43,168 nt of DNA from positions 2,232,001 through 2,275,168 of the forward strand of contig CDLV01000008.1 in assembly GCA_001244265.2 (NCBI GenBank). The letters are read 5' to 3'. Source of the stretch: Microbotryum violaceum. Lineage: Eukaryota. The notes beneath the pieces are model-generated. The model worked only from the letters and a program-made list of their open reading frames with translations, made no database searches and had not been told where the DNA came from. Shown piece after piece: positions 1-13,368 of this stretch (the first letter of the stretch is position 1; each line of letters opens with the position of its first letter). Both the position numbers and the translations under genes were made by a program.

Positions 1-1015
1 TTCAATTCGGTATCCAACACTTTTGGCGTTGTTTCACCCGAGGTAGATGCACTCTCGCCAGATCCAAGAATGATGTCCCCTACTCTCAACTTTGTGAATT
101 CGAGCTTGCTTCGTAGGGTCCTAAAAAACCGGGGGGAGAAAAGAAAGGGGTAGAGGTGGATCAGTTTTTCGGATGCAAAATAGTCGAAGAGCGACTATCC
201 AACCATCCTCTTGCCGCGAACCGAAACCTAACCCTCACCTCCTGTACCCCTTCCTTTTCTTGAATTTTTCGACTTCAAACATCTTCCCTTTGATATGTTC
301 CAATACCAACACTTCAGCTTTGACTTCTCCTTCTTTGAAATAAGGTAACGAGTCGGGATGACGTTGCCAATCCCTTGGAACACCAGAAGCATCAATAATC
401 GTACGCGCCATGGGGGGACGTAATAAGGGAGTGGAAGTTTGGAAAGAAGATAATTTGGCAGAGACGGCTGAGGTAGGTCGAGGAGGAATTGAAGAGGGGG
501 AAGGACCGGCACGAAGGGTGTAATCGCGCGAACCGACTTCGAGAATACGGGTCAGGGAGATACGTTGACCTGCGCGAACGGATTTGAGCTTGGGGACGGT
601 GAGAACGTCGTGTGGGGTTAGGGTGTAACGACGTCCCATGAGGAGACAGGTGATGTAGTGCGACGGTTGCGAGGCGAGCAACTCCAAAGGGGAGGCACTG
701 GCTCGGCGGAGAAACGAGCTGAGATCAGTAACGGGCAGTGGGTGAACGCATGCGTAGGGTAGGGAACGTACCTCGTCGAGGGAAGCGGTTTGGGAGAAAG
801 AGCAGATAGCCGCTCGTGCTTGGGCAAGGTCGGAGGTAGACCTTGGTCACGCGATGTCGACGAGAAACTGCATCGCCAACTTGCAGCGACCGGCTTGGAC
901 GAGCGAGAGAACAACCACCGCGTCGGAGCTGAGCATGGGCAACTAGGATGATCAGTGAGAGCAAAAAAGTGTGGGCACGGGTTATTGAGATGTGCAGACC
1001 TATTGGGAACGACAT
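1..1015 (-). CDS. MRPL49: Mitochondrial ribosomal protein bL21m (L21p family); 3' end runs off the window
   Basis: Spliced model: ATG at 1015 (MSFPI|APTRWLFSRSSK..., presequence-like) with GT-AG introns near 999-929, 771-719 and 238-121. The core carries L21-type motifs HYITCLLMGRRYTLTPHD, ILEVGSRDYTLR and VLEHIKG...KKRKGYRR|TLRSKLEFTKLRVGDI. Confidence 0.85.
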
Positions 1016-1431
1016 GGCGGCTACTACGTGCTATATACGACGGGACGGGGGGGGAGAGCAGGACGAGCGACGCGCACGAAGCGTCTCATGATCATCCCCA
1101 GCGCCTCGAGATTGAGCTCGGGCCCATGGGCGAGCACACCTCGGTCACTGACGAAGATGGTTAAACGCTTCATCGAGTGCCACAAAGTCAAGTCAGGGTT
1201 TTGCACAAGGACCCCAAGTCGAACATTGCAATAAAAACCCTCCAAATCGATTGGAAAAGGCAGAATAAAAAAAACGCCTCGGTCAGGGCAAGATAGTGAA
1301 TAGTGAAAAGAGACTAGTGATAAACAAAAAGGAGGGGAGCTACGTTATGAAATAAAGGTCAAAAGGGACAGGGTTCTTGAAAGATCGTTGGAGAGCACGG
1401 AAAGAGTGGATAAAGATGGTGCAATCATCAC

Positions 1432-3257
1432 CTAACACCCTCGTTCACCTCTCGGATCATCATTCACCACGCTCAACTGCCACCTCCTACCACCTTCACC
1501 CTCGTCGTAACCCGTACCGAACGGTCCGCCGACTTGCATATCCGTAGGTGAAGAAGGACGCTCGATCTCGTCGTGACCCATCTCCGACCCGGGAAGAGGG
1601 AGGACGCCGGATCCGACGGGGTGCGCTTCGCCAAGATCGTTCGAAGAAGCAGCGACGGGGGGTGAAGGCGTACCGTGACGCATCTCGGATCCTGGCGCGG
1701 TGTTGTTCGCTGCCATGGCGCGTTGGTACTCGATCGATGCCGGACCAGGCGCGAGAGGAGTTCCCGAGTTGGAGGAAGGCCCGCTGCTACCAAACATGTT
1801 CTTATGCGGCGAGTAAGGCGTCGTTGCTCCGTACGAAGAGTACGGCGATTCCTCGGACGAGTAGATCGACGGCGGTACCTGGGGTAACGTCGGCTGTTGG
1901 CTGTGTCCACCGTGACTCGACATTGAATTGTAGCGATGCGCCGCATAAGCCCCTGCACCGACTCCTGCCGCTCCAGCTCCCACTCCCGCCGCACCCCGAC
2001 CAAAGTCCGAGTGCACTTCCTCCATCTCGTCACCACCCACACCGGCTCCACCGGTCGAGTGTACGGGTTGAGGGTACAGGTTCGCCTGATCCTGAATCTC
2101 GGGCCAACGAATCGCATCGTCCTCCTTGCGTTGCTTGCGGCGTCTGGCGACCAGGCAGAGGATCACGAGAGCAGCGAGTGCGGCGAGACCACCGACGACG
2201 GAACCGACGATGATGCCGATCCGAGCACCGGACGAGAGACCCGACGAGCTCGAGTCACCGGAGCTGGTGCCTGTCTGGACGGCGGTAGAGGTGATGGGGC
2301 TGAGGGTCGAGGTAATGGTCGAAGAGCCAACGACGATCACTGCGAGACCGTCGGCGAAGAGTCAGTCTCGGGAGTCCGGGCTTTCAACAAAAAGGTCGCA
2401 GCGGCGCATAGCACTCACCAGTCGTGGGCGTGATGACGACCGTTGTTGTGAGAGCTAAGGCGATGGAAGCAATGAAGCTGCAATGCATCAGTTGCCGGTC
2501 CTTCGTCGAGATGATCGCTCATTCATTACGCGGCGTGGGTGAACTCACGGGCACGAGAGGTTGTTGTCGGCTCTGCGGACGACTCTACGGATGGTGTCGT
2601 AGTTCGAGCAGCTAACAGCGTGGGGCGATCACGATGCAAGGTCAGCTGATGAATCAAAGTACTTGACTGAATTGTGGGTGCTTACTCGTCGCAGCAGCGG
2701 TGGTGGGACTAGGGTTAGGACTTGCTGCTGCAGTTGTCGTTGTAGGTGCCGCATTGCTGAAAGAACAATCGCCACACAATCAGCGTTCGAGCCTCGAGTG
2801 GGTAGCAGCAGAGCAAAAGAAGGTTTCGTCAACCCGACCCGAGTCGACTTGAGATTCAACTTGACAATTATGAAGTCGTCGGCGAAGAGGAGGAGAGGAC
2901 CGGGCACGGCAAGGGATATCGGCGAAGCTCGTCTTATCTAACGGGCGGGAGAGCAACTCACCTCGAAGTGGTGGGAGTAGGGATCGCCGACTCGGACGTC
3001 GTCGTCGAAGCCCTTGTGGTGGCCACGGGAGGAGTGGTCGTGGCCACGGGAGGAGTAGTTGTGGCGACAAGTGGGGTCGTGGTGGTCGTGGTTGGGTCAG
3101 TCGGGTCGATCGGGTCGGTCGTCTCGGGGCCGATGCTGATCAGTTGACGCTTGAGCATCAGCGCTGCGCGACGATTGGCCCCAGCGGCCGCTGCTGGAGC
3201 ACCACGGTGGCGGCGTAGAGGCCGGAGTCCGCTCGAGTCGGCGTTGAATACGGCCAT
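1432..3257 (-). CDS. Ser/Thr-rich single-pass membrane protein (Mid2/Wsc-like cell-surface sensor architecture), multi-exon
   Basis: ATG 3257, then a Thr/Pro-rich ectodomain with VATTTPP repeats and several GT-AG introns. One TM helix (IGIIVGSVVGGLAALAALVILCLVA) is followed by RRRKQRK and a low-complexity cytoplasmic tail ending at the stop at 1432. Confidence 0.7.
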
Positions 3258-3834
3258 CGTCTTGTGAGGGCAGTGGTGGGTATGTAGGCTTAAGTTGGGC
3301 TTGGTATCGAGGTATCCAGTCTCCGAGACGAAAGAGAGAGTAGAGCCAAGATTCGAAAGGCTGAATTGGTGAGGAGGACCCGCTTAAGCAACAACCAATC
3401 GAGAGGCGACTAAGGCGACGCGCGCGGGCGAACTGACGTCCGGCGATGCGAGCCTGACAACGGAGCGCGCCGGTTTGCGAAGACCGAGCGTTGGTTTGGG
3501 TGAACGAAACGGAGGGGGGGTGTAGGAACTTAAGAGTCGAGAAAGGAGCCTAAGCGGTACAAGTAAAGGAGCGAGTGGTGTGTCCAAAAAGTCGACAAGG
3601 AGGGATCACGGGGTGAGAGAGGAAGAGGTAAAGCTGCCGGGAACGATCGCTGCTAGGGCCAACTTACTACGCGAAGCAAAGGAGGCGATGAAGGTCACGC
3701 CCATGCGGAGCACTCGCGGAGCGCGACTTCGGCCAACGGCTGCCAGACTTCATAGCTTCATCGCCTGAGTGGCGTCAAATCTCGGCTGAGGTCGTCGAGG
3801 CTGTCCTCGGGACCGATCAGAGACGCTTGCTCGG

Positions 3835-3876
3835 CGTTGGACGTTGGACGTTGGACGTTGGACGTTGGACGTTGGA
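3835..3876. repeat. 7-bp tandem repeat (CGTTGGA)x6
   Basis: Directly visible perfect repeat in the intergenic region. Confidence 0.95.
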
Positions 3877-4445
3877 AATCATAGCATCGACAGGAGTCAT
3901 ATTATGAAGGAGCCTCACACCGGATCATGTCCACTAAAGTCGGCCTTGCGTATGGATCGGGGCCTACTAGGCTGCTCCGAGTCAACGAAGAAAGACTTTG
4001 GCGCCGCACGTGATCACGATCGTCGACGTCATTTGTAACTTTTTCACAAGCCCCATTCTTGCCGTGTGTGTCGCCGCGTAGATGTCTAAAAAAAGTGAAC
4101 CTTTAAAACGTCGAACGGCTGGGAAGATGTCGGAGAGCTTAGGATCGAGGTCACGTGTTTCTACCCAAGTTCTCCGACATGGGGAGTGGAAAGACACCTC
4201 GAGCATTGTGACTGTTGTAATAACGTTATCATGTCTTCCTGTCCATCCTAGGTCTAGTTGGGGTAGTGTTTTCCTGTGGTAGAGAGTTGACGCCCTCCTC
4301 CTCCGGCCCAACCTGGTCAATCCCGAATGCCAAAGGCCCTTCCTCGAATGCCGTGACGCCAGTGCGCTTCCATACTATTACAACATATTCTAACCCTAAC
4401 CCACTTCCCTACGACTGAACCCAACCCCTCCCCCAACCCGGATCT

Positions 4446-4944
4446 TCACCTCCTCTCACATTCCTTACAAGCCCAATCCACTCCCTCCGCTTCCTCCCTA
4501 CTCATAACTCTAACCCCCCTTCTTCCTTCCCCATCAACATCATCTCTCCCCAAACCCGTTGTTGTAGAAGTCGTAGAAGTCGTAAAAGGTAGAGTTTGTA
4601 AAGTCTCGAGATAAGCTTGTTTGCGTCTTTGTTCATCTAATTCGGCTTGACGCGCTTGACGTTTCGCAGCTAGTCGGGCATCGTCACGTAGTACACCGGC
4701 GAACATGGTCTGACATTTTCGCCGTGAGCGTGAATGAAGGAAGAGAGAGAGAAGGGGGAGCTTTGAGTTTGGTTGAGAGTGAGAGGTGGTTGGGAGTTTG
4801 AAGAGATGGGGTGGAATGAGTTTAAGGTAAGGTAAGGTAAGGACTTACTTGACGTTCTTGGTATTGCGAAAGGTGGACACCGCCGATTGATGCGACGGCG
4901 ATGACGAGAGAGAGACCTAAGAACGCTTTGGACGAGCGGGACAT
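4446..4944 (-). CDS. PET117: Cytochrome c oxidase assembly factor PET117
   Basis: Exon 1 4944-4849 reads MSRSSKAFLGLSLVIAVASIGGVHLSQYQERQ. Intron GTAAGT..CAG at 4848-4710. Exon 2 reads TMFAGVLRDDARL...ELDEQRRKQAYLE. This matches the PET117 pattern MSxxSK...VHxxQxxER..M..GV.RD..R. Confidence 0.9.
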
Positions 4945-5328
4945 TCGATACCACCTTTTGCGTTTGGAATTTACGTCGATGAAGAGGTGCTTGGGGTTCA
5001 GGTGGGGCGGGAGAGGGAAAGGAGTATGGCGCGCGAAACTCGAAGCGGTAGAATCACAAGACTGTCGACTGTCACAATAGTCACGATCCAATTCTGCAAT
5101 ACGTTCGAAACTTCTTCAAAATGATATGGATTTGAGGTTAAGTGGTATTATTACGGGTTTTATATCCCAAAAGATCGTGCGACTCGAAAAGTCTAGGAGT
5201 AGATAAAGCAAGCAGAAAGAGTAGACCGAGAGGAACGAGGGTGAGACGAGAGGGAATAGCCAAGTGATGACAAATTTTAATGAGGTGAACGCCGAGCCGA
5301 AATCCAAAAAACGTAATCATGTCCTCTC

Positions 5329-6883
5329 TTACTTTTCCTCCGGCTTCTTGCAAACGAACAACATCATCGGCGTGAACAACTTCTCTCTACCTCCCGCGAC
5401 CAAGGCAACGGAGGCGGTAACGAGCGCTTCACCGACGTCGTGCGTTCCTTTGGGCACCATACCGATTTTCTCCAAGGCCCAAACGGTATTTTGCGTGCAG
5501 AACTTGCCGAAACGGGTCATGCGCCAGCACTTTTGCGGAGAAGGGAATGGAGGCGAAAAAAAAGTCAGCGATTGGACGTGTTTGGGAATCGGAAAAGGGA
5601 AGGAACGGGGCAAAAACACACGATCACGTAATCCCAAAGTGTTTGACATTTCTTCAAATCGCCTTCGAGCGGGTAGTACCACTTGACCTCGTCGTCGCGA
5701 TCGGCGAGATCCTCCTCGTGCAAGATCTCGAATCCTACATTTTGAAGGGCGGTGCGGCATGCGCCGATCGAACGCATCTCGGGGATACCGTCGCCGACTT
5801 CGATGCCGTGCGCGATCTCCTTGTGGTGAGGGATCTTTGGGTCCCATGCGTCGGTCATGCACCATTCGTAGACGCCGAACTGGGGGGGAAGGAGAGGAAC
5901 GGGGCAAAATAAGATTAGCCACCCGGGAAAAGAAGCCAAACGCGATCTAGTCCGGAACAAGCTTCACTCACGACTCCACCAGGTTTCAACACCTTCTTGA
6001 TCTCGTTATAACACCCTTCCCAATCAGGGGCATGACACGTCGCCTCGATCGCGTAAACGGCATCGAACGAGTTCTCACCAAACTGTTCGGCCAACTTCAT
6101 GAAATCCCCTTTTACGAACGAAACTTGATCACTGAGACCGGCTTTGGCGGTGTACTTGTTCGCACGACCGACTTGGAACTCGTTGTTGTTGACTCCGATG
6201 ATGTGCGCGTCGGTGAAACGTGCGATCTCGCGCGCGGGCCCACCGACACCGCAGCCGACGTCGAGGACGCGCATCTTGGGGCGGATACCCGTTTGTGCGG
6301 CGAGGTAGTGCTCGTGGCGTGCGATCGCTTGGTAGAACGCTTCGCCTTTGTCTGGTGGGAGGAGTCGAGAGGCGTGGAAGGAGTCAGGGCGTAGATCTTT
6401 TGGAAGCGTCGTCGCGGATCGGGAACAGGAAGAACACGTACAGTAGCGGCAAAAGTGGAACGAGGTTCCCCATCCGTACTCGTACAGCTCGGTAGCACCT
6501 GGAGAACACGAATCAATTCCGAAAAAGAGTCAGCATCCACTCGTACCGGCCCTTCCCGAACCCCCAACTCTCGCATCCCCAACGCGTTCTGCATCACCAC
6601 GCCACCATCCTCTCCTCTCCCCTGAAAAACCCTCTCCGTCCCTCAACCGGAGAAAGAGAAACGAACCATCATAATAACTATTAACGACATCCGTGTACAC
6701 ATCCTTCCTCTGCTCCGTCATTTCAGCCGTGTCATTCACCGAATTACGATCCCAGTGTTGGGTATAGGACGCGATCCCGGCGCGGTTACGCGCGTCACCT
6801 TTCGTTGGCGCGATCAACGCCGTTGAAGAACCATCCTTTTGGTGGTCATCGCTAGAACCATTCGTGCGAGGCGCGTTAACCAT
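5329..6883 (-). CDS. ERG6: Sterol 24-C-methyltransferase
   Basis: [37 protein letters not shown] motif [56 protein letters not shown] introns between these blocks. Confidence 0.97.
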
Positions 6884-7660
6884 TTCGAGAGACGGGAGGG
6901 GGTGGGGTGAATGACTGTGAGGGTCTGGGAATGGGAATGGGAATGGGCGGGGAAGAGAGGGTCAGATGGAATTCGTTAGCGCGCGCGCGAAAAGAGCCTA
7001 TTATCAAAGTGCGCCTCCTCTTGGCAAGTTGCGCGTCCGCGTGGGGTGGGTGCGTAGGCGCAGCGTAGAGGCCGAGTTCAGATCTTGATACGGCGTACTT
7101 CTACGTCCAGTGGACATGAGGCCGGTAGAGGCAGGAGGGACTCACATTGGATTCGTTGTCGAAACGAAGCAACCTTAACGAAGAAAGTGTTGAAAAGTAG
7201 CGGCGAGCGGCGGGTGAAGAGGAAGGAAGCAGCCCACCCAAGTTGAACGCTGTCGAACGATCTGAAGCGACCAATCTCGCTCGTCGGCCGATCATTCCCC
7301 GCGCTTGCCTGGTCTGCGATGGGCGAGTTGGCTGGCGAGAGATAGCAGGGTCGCAGGGGGGCCAAAACAAGCCATCTCAAACGACGAGCGGTTTGAGCTC
7401 GCGCGCGCGCGACGGGGCCAGACGAGGGCCCGCGTTGAAGCTGTGAAGCATGTGAAGGCCTCCGTCGATTCGCCGGCGCTGAAGAAGGCCTGGGTTTTTC
7501 AGGGCGACCAAGATGACTTTCTTTCACATTTTCCATCACTTTGCAAGAAAGTTGGGTTGCTATTGCAGTATCTACGGCGTTGCGATACAGGGGGGCCACT
7601 TTTGTGGGCGAGAAAATGATGATCGCGCCCCGAAACATGACATATTAGATGAGGAAACTA

Positions 7661-9358
7661 TCAATATTCGGGTATGAATTCATTATCGTACAATTCCTGC
7701 GCGCCAAAGCCAAAGATAAGATAGAAAATCATCAGTGAACCCGAATACGTTCTCGAAATAATTCGAACAAGGGTCTCGGGGGCTCAAAATCGAACCAAGA
7801 AAACTGACCGTCGGTCGGAAAGGCCATTCGGCGAACGCATCCGCGATCACGACCCATTCGCCCACGTCCAAAGCTTGAACTTGTTTTCCCAAGGGTGGAC
7901 CACCGCGGGCAAGAATGGTTGGGATCAGGTTCCCTGCGCCGACGGCTAGACCGCTGTAGGGGGTGTCAGATTCGATGAGGAAAAAGGGGGGGGGGGGGTT
8001 AGGGGGAAAAAGTCACGCTGAGCGGGAGAATGGAATGGTGGGTCGTCGACGTACGGCATCGTCCTCTCCCAACCCGTCGATTTTGAAATAAACATCTGCT
8101 TCATTACGAACTGCAGCACCTCAAAGTCTTGCGCCATCGGTTCGATCCAAGGCGTAACTTTGATGGGAGAATAGGTGTTTTGGTCCGAGCGAGGTTTGTG
8201 AAAATGGTGTTCGGTCGGCGTCCAAGGTTTGGTGAGAGGGGTCGGGGTGAGAGAGGCGACGGTGGAGAGGATGACACCGGCTTTGTGGCGGTCGTGCGAG
8301 CCGATCGGGGCAAAAATTTTCTGGAAAGCAAAGATGAGGCCAGCCATCCGGGATCAGCTTCAGGATGGGGCAGTCGATCGAGATCTGGGTGCTCACCTTC
8401 CAATACGCATCAGCGGTGATCGTACCAATGCTGAAGCGACCGTATTTCCATAACCACATCTTGGTCGCGGCGGCCGAGACGCATTGTATAAAGAGTTGTT
8501 CGCCGTGGCGGTTCGTCGATTGCTGCAGCGCGAGGAAGAGCCCATCCTGGGCTGCGATTTGAGAAAGAAGGTGAGATGGGGCGCATTACGCAGGGTAACG
8601 ATTCGCGATCAAAACTTACGTTCCTTCCAGGGTCGGTGGACGACGTCTTTGAGCAGGCCGAGTTCCTCGATCTTGGCGTAGGAATCCCACGAGAAGCCAT
8701 CGCCCGCGTGGACGTAGAGTCGTTCTGGATCGTCTTGGCGAGTACCGAGGTCCTGGAGGATGGGGAGGTAGCGGAACGAATCTTCGAAAGCGATGACGCG
8801 TTTGACGTTGGGGAGTTCGAGGAACGCTCGGGTGAGACCACCGGGACCTGATGAGGAGATGGGGTGGGTTAGCTTGTTCGCTTCGAGCGCGGAGAGAGAG
8901 CGGTGGTGCTCACCTGCAAAAGGTTCGACGACGACCACGTCATGCATCTTGTCGACCCCCCAAGCTCTGACCACATCCCTCGCTGAATCGAGGTTGATCA
9001 AAGTCGGTCTCGATCGAACGGGAGACATGGCAGACACCGCCTGGAACAGCTCGTGGTTCTGGAGACTGGTCGGCAGCACCGGCGCTCGGCGGGTGTACGG
9101 TCCTCGTTTGCGTGGCCGACTGGTATCCTTTTCTAGGTCGGGAGCGTTGATGGTTTTGTGTCTTGGCTGTGCTTTGGGTTTGGATTTCGGTTTGGAGCAA
9201 GTGGAATCCTCGTGGGAGGTCGAGGTGGACGAAAACGGTCGAGAGGGGGCGGACGAGTTGAGGCGTAGGCGGGAGAGGCACGCCGAACAAAAGGGTGTGG
9301 TCGGTAGCCATGACTGGAGCAAGGTCGAGGACAGTCGCAGTGCTGCTGTGGTGCGCAT
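7661..9358 (-). CDS. MTF1: Mitochondrial transcription factor 1 / rRNA adenine-dimethylase-like (mtTFB) protein
   Basis: Presequence-like N-terminus (MRTTAALRLSS...). RrnaAD-fold motifs VVVEPFA|GPGGLTRAFLE, RVIAFED, DGFSWDSY, WLWKYGRF; C-terminal LDVGEWVVIADAFAEWPFRP. Last exon ELYDNEFIPEY* ends at 7661. Confidence 0.8.
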
Positions 9359-9440
9359 TTTGAGCGGTGGGTGCGCTGAGGATGAGAGGCAGCGAGGGAG
9401 GGAGGTGAGGAAGGCCCAGTGCCGCTCGCGACGTGCCAAG

Positions 9441-9503
9441 TCGGCTTGCTTATCGGCTTAGTATCGGCTTATTACCGCCTTAGTACCGGCCTAGCACCGG
9501 CTT
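9441..9503. repeat. Imperfect 11-bp tandem repeat (TATCGGCTTAG-like) in the divergent MTF1/ARC1 promoter
   Basis: tatcggcttag tatcggcttat taccgccttag taccggcctag caccggctta, visible directly. Confidence 0.75.
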
Positions 9504-9773
9504 ACGCTGGCTGGCTTGCTTGCGAAGAAAGAACGACCCCGTCGCGCGCGCGCATTAGAAAAGCTTAGACGAGATTAGAAGACTTGGAAGAGGCACGTCA
9601 CCGCTCAGTCCGCGGCGCGCTCTCACTCTGATCATACACTCCTCGTCTCCACGGACACCACTCCAGATACGGCTAACCCTTCCACACTGGCCTCCTTCCT
9701 GACTCGCACCCGCCTAGGCCGTATCACCTCCGCCTCCCACAACTCGACCTACGCTTGGACTCGCACTCGAACG

Positions 9774-11483
9774 ATGGCCTCGCTCACGCTCACTCACAGC
9801 ACTTGTGCCGGTAGGGCAGCTGCTCTCCTCGCTGCTGTCTACGGTCAATACGTTCCCGACTTGACCATCACCCACCACGACAAGGACAAGGTGAGCTTGT
9901 CAGATCGACGACCTCAGCTCGACACCGGAGCTGATGATTGGGCTTCGTTCGTCTCTGTCTCTCTCTCTCTCGTTCTCAGCTCGAATTCAAATCCGCTTCA
10001 TCGCAAACGTACACCAAGCTCGTCGATATCGCGAAAGCTCTCCTTGAAGCAGCAGGCAAGACGAACGATGCTCTCGGAGGCGCCTCGGACCAAGTGCAGC
10101 AGAGCGTATTGCACTACCTCAACCTAGTCGACGAGAACAAATTCGACGCAGACAAAGGGGCTGAGGTCAGTAAAGATAGGGGCTTCACAGGCTGGGGTGC
10201 TGGGTTAAGAGTGCATCAGCCAATTGACGAGATCGTTCTTTGCGAGCAGGCCGCCGATGCCGAATTGAGGACCAAGACCTTCCTCGTCGGCGAGTCCGTC
10301 TCGGCTGCAGATCTCGGTCTCTTTGCGGCCGTCCATCCGACCGTCGTACGTGTATCGAACCGGTTTTCGGAAGATGCTTGCACTCCCTGACGCTTTATCT
10401 CACCCCACCAGGCTTCGGCAACGCACAACCAACACTTATCACACCCTTCCCTATCCCGTCACTTTAACCACATTCAAAACCTACGCCTCGTCGCACCCCA
10501 CCTCTCGACCGTGTTCACCTCCACCCCCGAACCGGTCAAGATTGACGTCGAGAACGTACCCGTCGTCGAGATTAAGCAACAAGCCAAAGTGAAAAAAGCT
10601 CCTGCCGCCGCCGCCGCCGCTGCTGCTGCTACGGAGGCACCCAAGGAAGCGGGCAAACAGGCAAAGGCTGACAAGGCGCAGGTCGTAGAAGAGGTCAAGA
10701 AGGAAGTAGAAACCGTCGCCCCTATCGCCATAGCTGAGGGAACGACGTCGTCGGGGAAACCGAAAAAGGAGAAAGCGGAAAAGGTCAAGAAACCTACGCC
10801 TGCGGTACCGGTCGTCGAAGCGCCTGCACCTTGGATGATTGATTTGAGGGTCGGCAAGATCGTCGAGGTCGCGGTGCACCCTGATGCGGACTCGTTGTAT
10901 GTCGAAAAGATTGATGTGGGCGAGGAGGAACCGAGGACGGTCGTTTCGGGTTTGGTCAAGTACATGACCTTGGAGCAGAGTGAGTGCACAGTTTGAGTGG
11001 AGAGTATTTGAGACGACGTTGCTGATTTGAGCATGGATTCGAATCAACAGTGCGAGGAACTACGTTGATCACGGTGTGTAACCTCAAGCCGGCCAACATG
11101 CGCGGCGTCAAATCTTTCGCGATGGTGCTCTGCGTAAGACCTCGCTACATATTCTTGATCATCGAAAATTATAAATTGATCCGACCACTTTTTCCTCGCA
11201 GGCCACGGCAGCCGAAGGCAAGGAAGCGGGGATCGAATTCCTTTCCCCTCCAGAGGGTTCCGTCCCCGGTGATCGGGTTTATTTCGAAGGTTTCGAGGAC
11301 CAACAGGCGTTGGAGATGCTGAACCCCAAGAAGAAGATCTTTGAGACCGTTCAACCGGGGTTCACGACGTTGGAGAACCGGGTCGGCGCTTGGGTCGACA
11401 AGGAGAGTGGGAAGACGTACAAGATTGTGACGAAGAGAGGGGAGTGTAAGACTCAAAGTTTGGTCGGGGCCAGTTTGAGTTAG
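9774..11483 (+). CDS. ARC1: tRNA-aminoacylation cofactor Arc1p-like protein (GST-like N-domain plus EMAPII/tRNA-binding OB domain)
   Basis: GST-C-like [20 protein letters not shown], a Lys/Ala linker, then IDLRVGKIV...[46 protein letters not shown] and [14 protein letters not shown]; stop TAG at 11481-11483. Confidence 0.92.
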
Positions 11484-11757
11484 AGCACGAGAGGGGAAGT
11501 GCAATGCAGTATTATAGGTGAAAGATCTAAAGTGGATAGGATGCTGCTGTGAAGATGGAAGTAAAGCTTTTCGATTCGGCAGGTGCGATTGGAGAGCGCG
11601 ATTGGCTGCGATGCCGCCTGCGAGCCCGAACAATTTCCTTCCTCCACCCCACCTCTCACCCAACGCAGTTCGCACCCCCATCGCTCTACCGGCTCTTGTT
11701 CTCGACCACTAGAGCTCGACTTTCAACCACCACCTCCTTCCACCCTTCTCCGGCATC

Positions 11758-13032
11758 ATGCCCTCCGCGCTCTCGAACCGAGTCCGTTCCGTGATCCGAC
11801 GACAGCTCTCCTTCTTCGGTTGGGCACTACTCGTCGACTGGCTCGTTGTGGTCGGACTGTGGTGGATCGGGACCTATATCGAGAAGCAGGAACCGTACAA
11901 GCGGGATGTGGTGCATTACCTGGGTGAGGAGACCGAACCGAAACCGCCGAGCCACGTGGGTCATCGTCCTGCACCTAATTCCAGCGTATCATCGTGTGCT
12001 CACAGGTGACCACGACATTTCCTGGCCCCATACTCAACACGAACGCGTTTCGGTCGAGAAATTGAACTTGTTGACCGTGTACTTGCCCCTCGCGATCATC
12101 TTGCTCGTCTCGGCGCTGAGGAGGTCCGTACACGAGATGCATCATGCCGCTTTGGGCTTGTTGGCTAGTAGGGCTTTGATGACGATCACGGTCGAGTTTA
12201 TCAAAAATAGGGTGCGTCAACGTGTCGATTGGTGATCGTTGCCCAACGGGGCTGCAAACCGGCCCCCAGACGGCACGACCAAGTGGGGCACCAGATGAGC
12301 TGATCCCCTCTCTCCTCGGCGGTCTGTTTTTGCTTTCCCTGGCTCGCGCTATAGGTCGGACGTCTCCGTCCCGATTTCCTCGATCGATGCGCCTACAGTG
12401 TCCTCTCGCACGACTGTACCGGACCTCATCACCTCGTCAAGGATGGCAGAAGATCCTTCCCCTCGGGTACGTGAAAAAAAAAAACGTCTGCCCCCGACGG
12501 CGAATGAGCATCACCCTGATGTGGGCGGCTTTTCACTTGCAGGTCATACATCAGCTTCGTTTCAAGGCTTGTTCTTCTTGTGCTTGTTCCTTGCGGGCAA
12601 GAATGGTACGTACGCGCGATGTTTTACCGCAGCAGCTGGGACTGATGTCTTTTGCGCCGCACACACATAGGTGCGTTTGCCTTTCAGGCTCAATTCCCTC
12701 GCTCGACGATCCTGCAATCAAGAATGCTTCGACTTGCCATCACTTTATCGCCACTACTATTGGCAACTTGGATCGCCATCACTCGTCTAGAGGATCACAT
12801 GCACCACCCGACCGACGTGCTCGCCGGTTCAACGATCGGTATCCTCACCGCGAGCCTAGGTTACGCTTTGTATTGGAATAACCCGTTTGATGCGGACAAG
12901 TTGCATGTGATGGGTTGCGCGAGGAAGGTTTATGGCGCAGAGGAGGAAGATGGCGAATTGTTTTTGGAGCGGGATGCGGTGGAGAGTGATTTGGAGGAGG
13001 AGGCGATGAGGGGTGCCGTAGAGGAGTGTTGA
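11758..13032 (+). CDS. PAP2-family lipid phosphate phosphatase (DPP1/LPP1-like)
   Basis: All three PAP2 motifs occur across exons: KNR|VGRLRPDFLDRC, RRSFPSG|H and TRLEDHMHHPTDVLAG; multiple hydrophobic helices. Confidence 0.92.
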
Positions 13033-13368
13033 GTTGAGTAGAAGAGATGGGTTGGAGTTGTAGTTATTGCTTAGGGTTAGAAGCCTGGCTTTTTTTTTTT
13101 TGGAGGAAGGATTGCTTATTTGTAAATATTAGATTACAGTGGGTAATTTAAGAGCGAAATCGAGTGCAGGGTCGAGATTGACAGAGCCGATCGAGATGAG
13201 CAACGCCTCGGCATGCATAACAACAGTATGAAGCGACTAGAGTAAATCATCTTCGATGCCAAGATCATACCCCTCACACGACATCTTGATATTCCGGAAC
13301 ATCGCCTGGCCAAAACGTTTTCTGAACGCCAGCTTCATACCATCACCCTGCGTTGCATAGCGCCGGTC

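Noticed and set aside
1473-2433. Long overlapping and antisense ORFs over housekeeping genes (also 8793-9461, 10474-11047, 40993-41601)
   Set aside because: Shadow frames typical of GC-rich coding DNA; no independent motifs.
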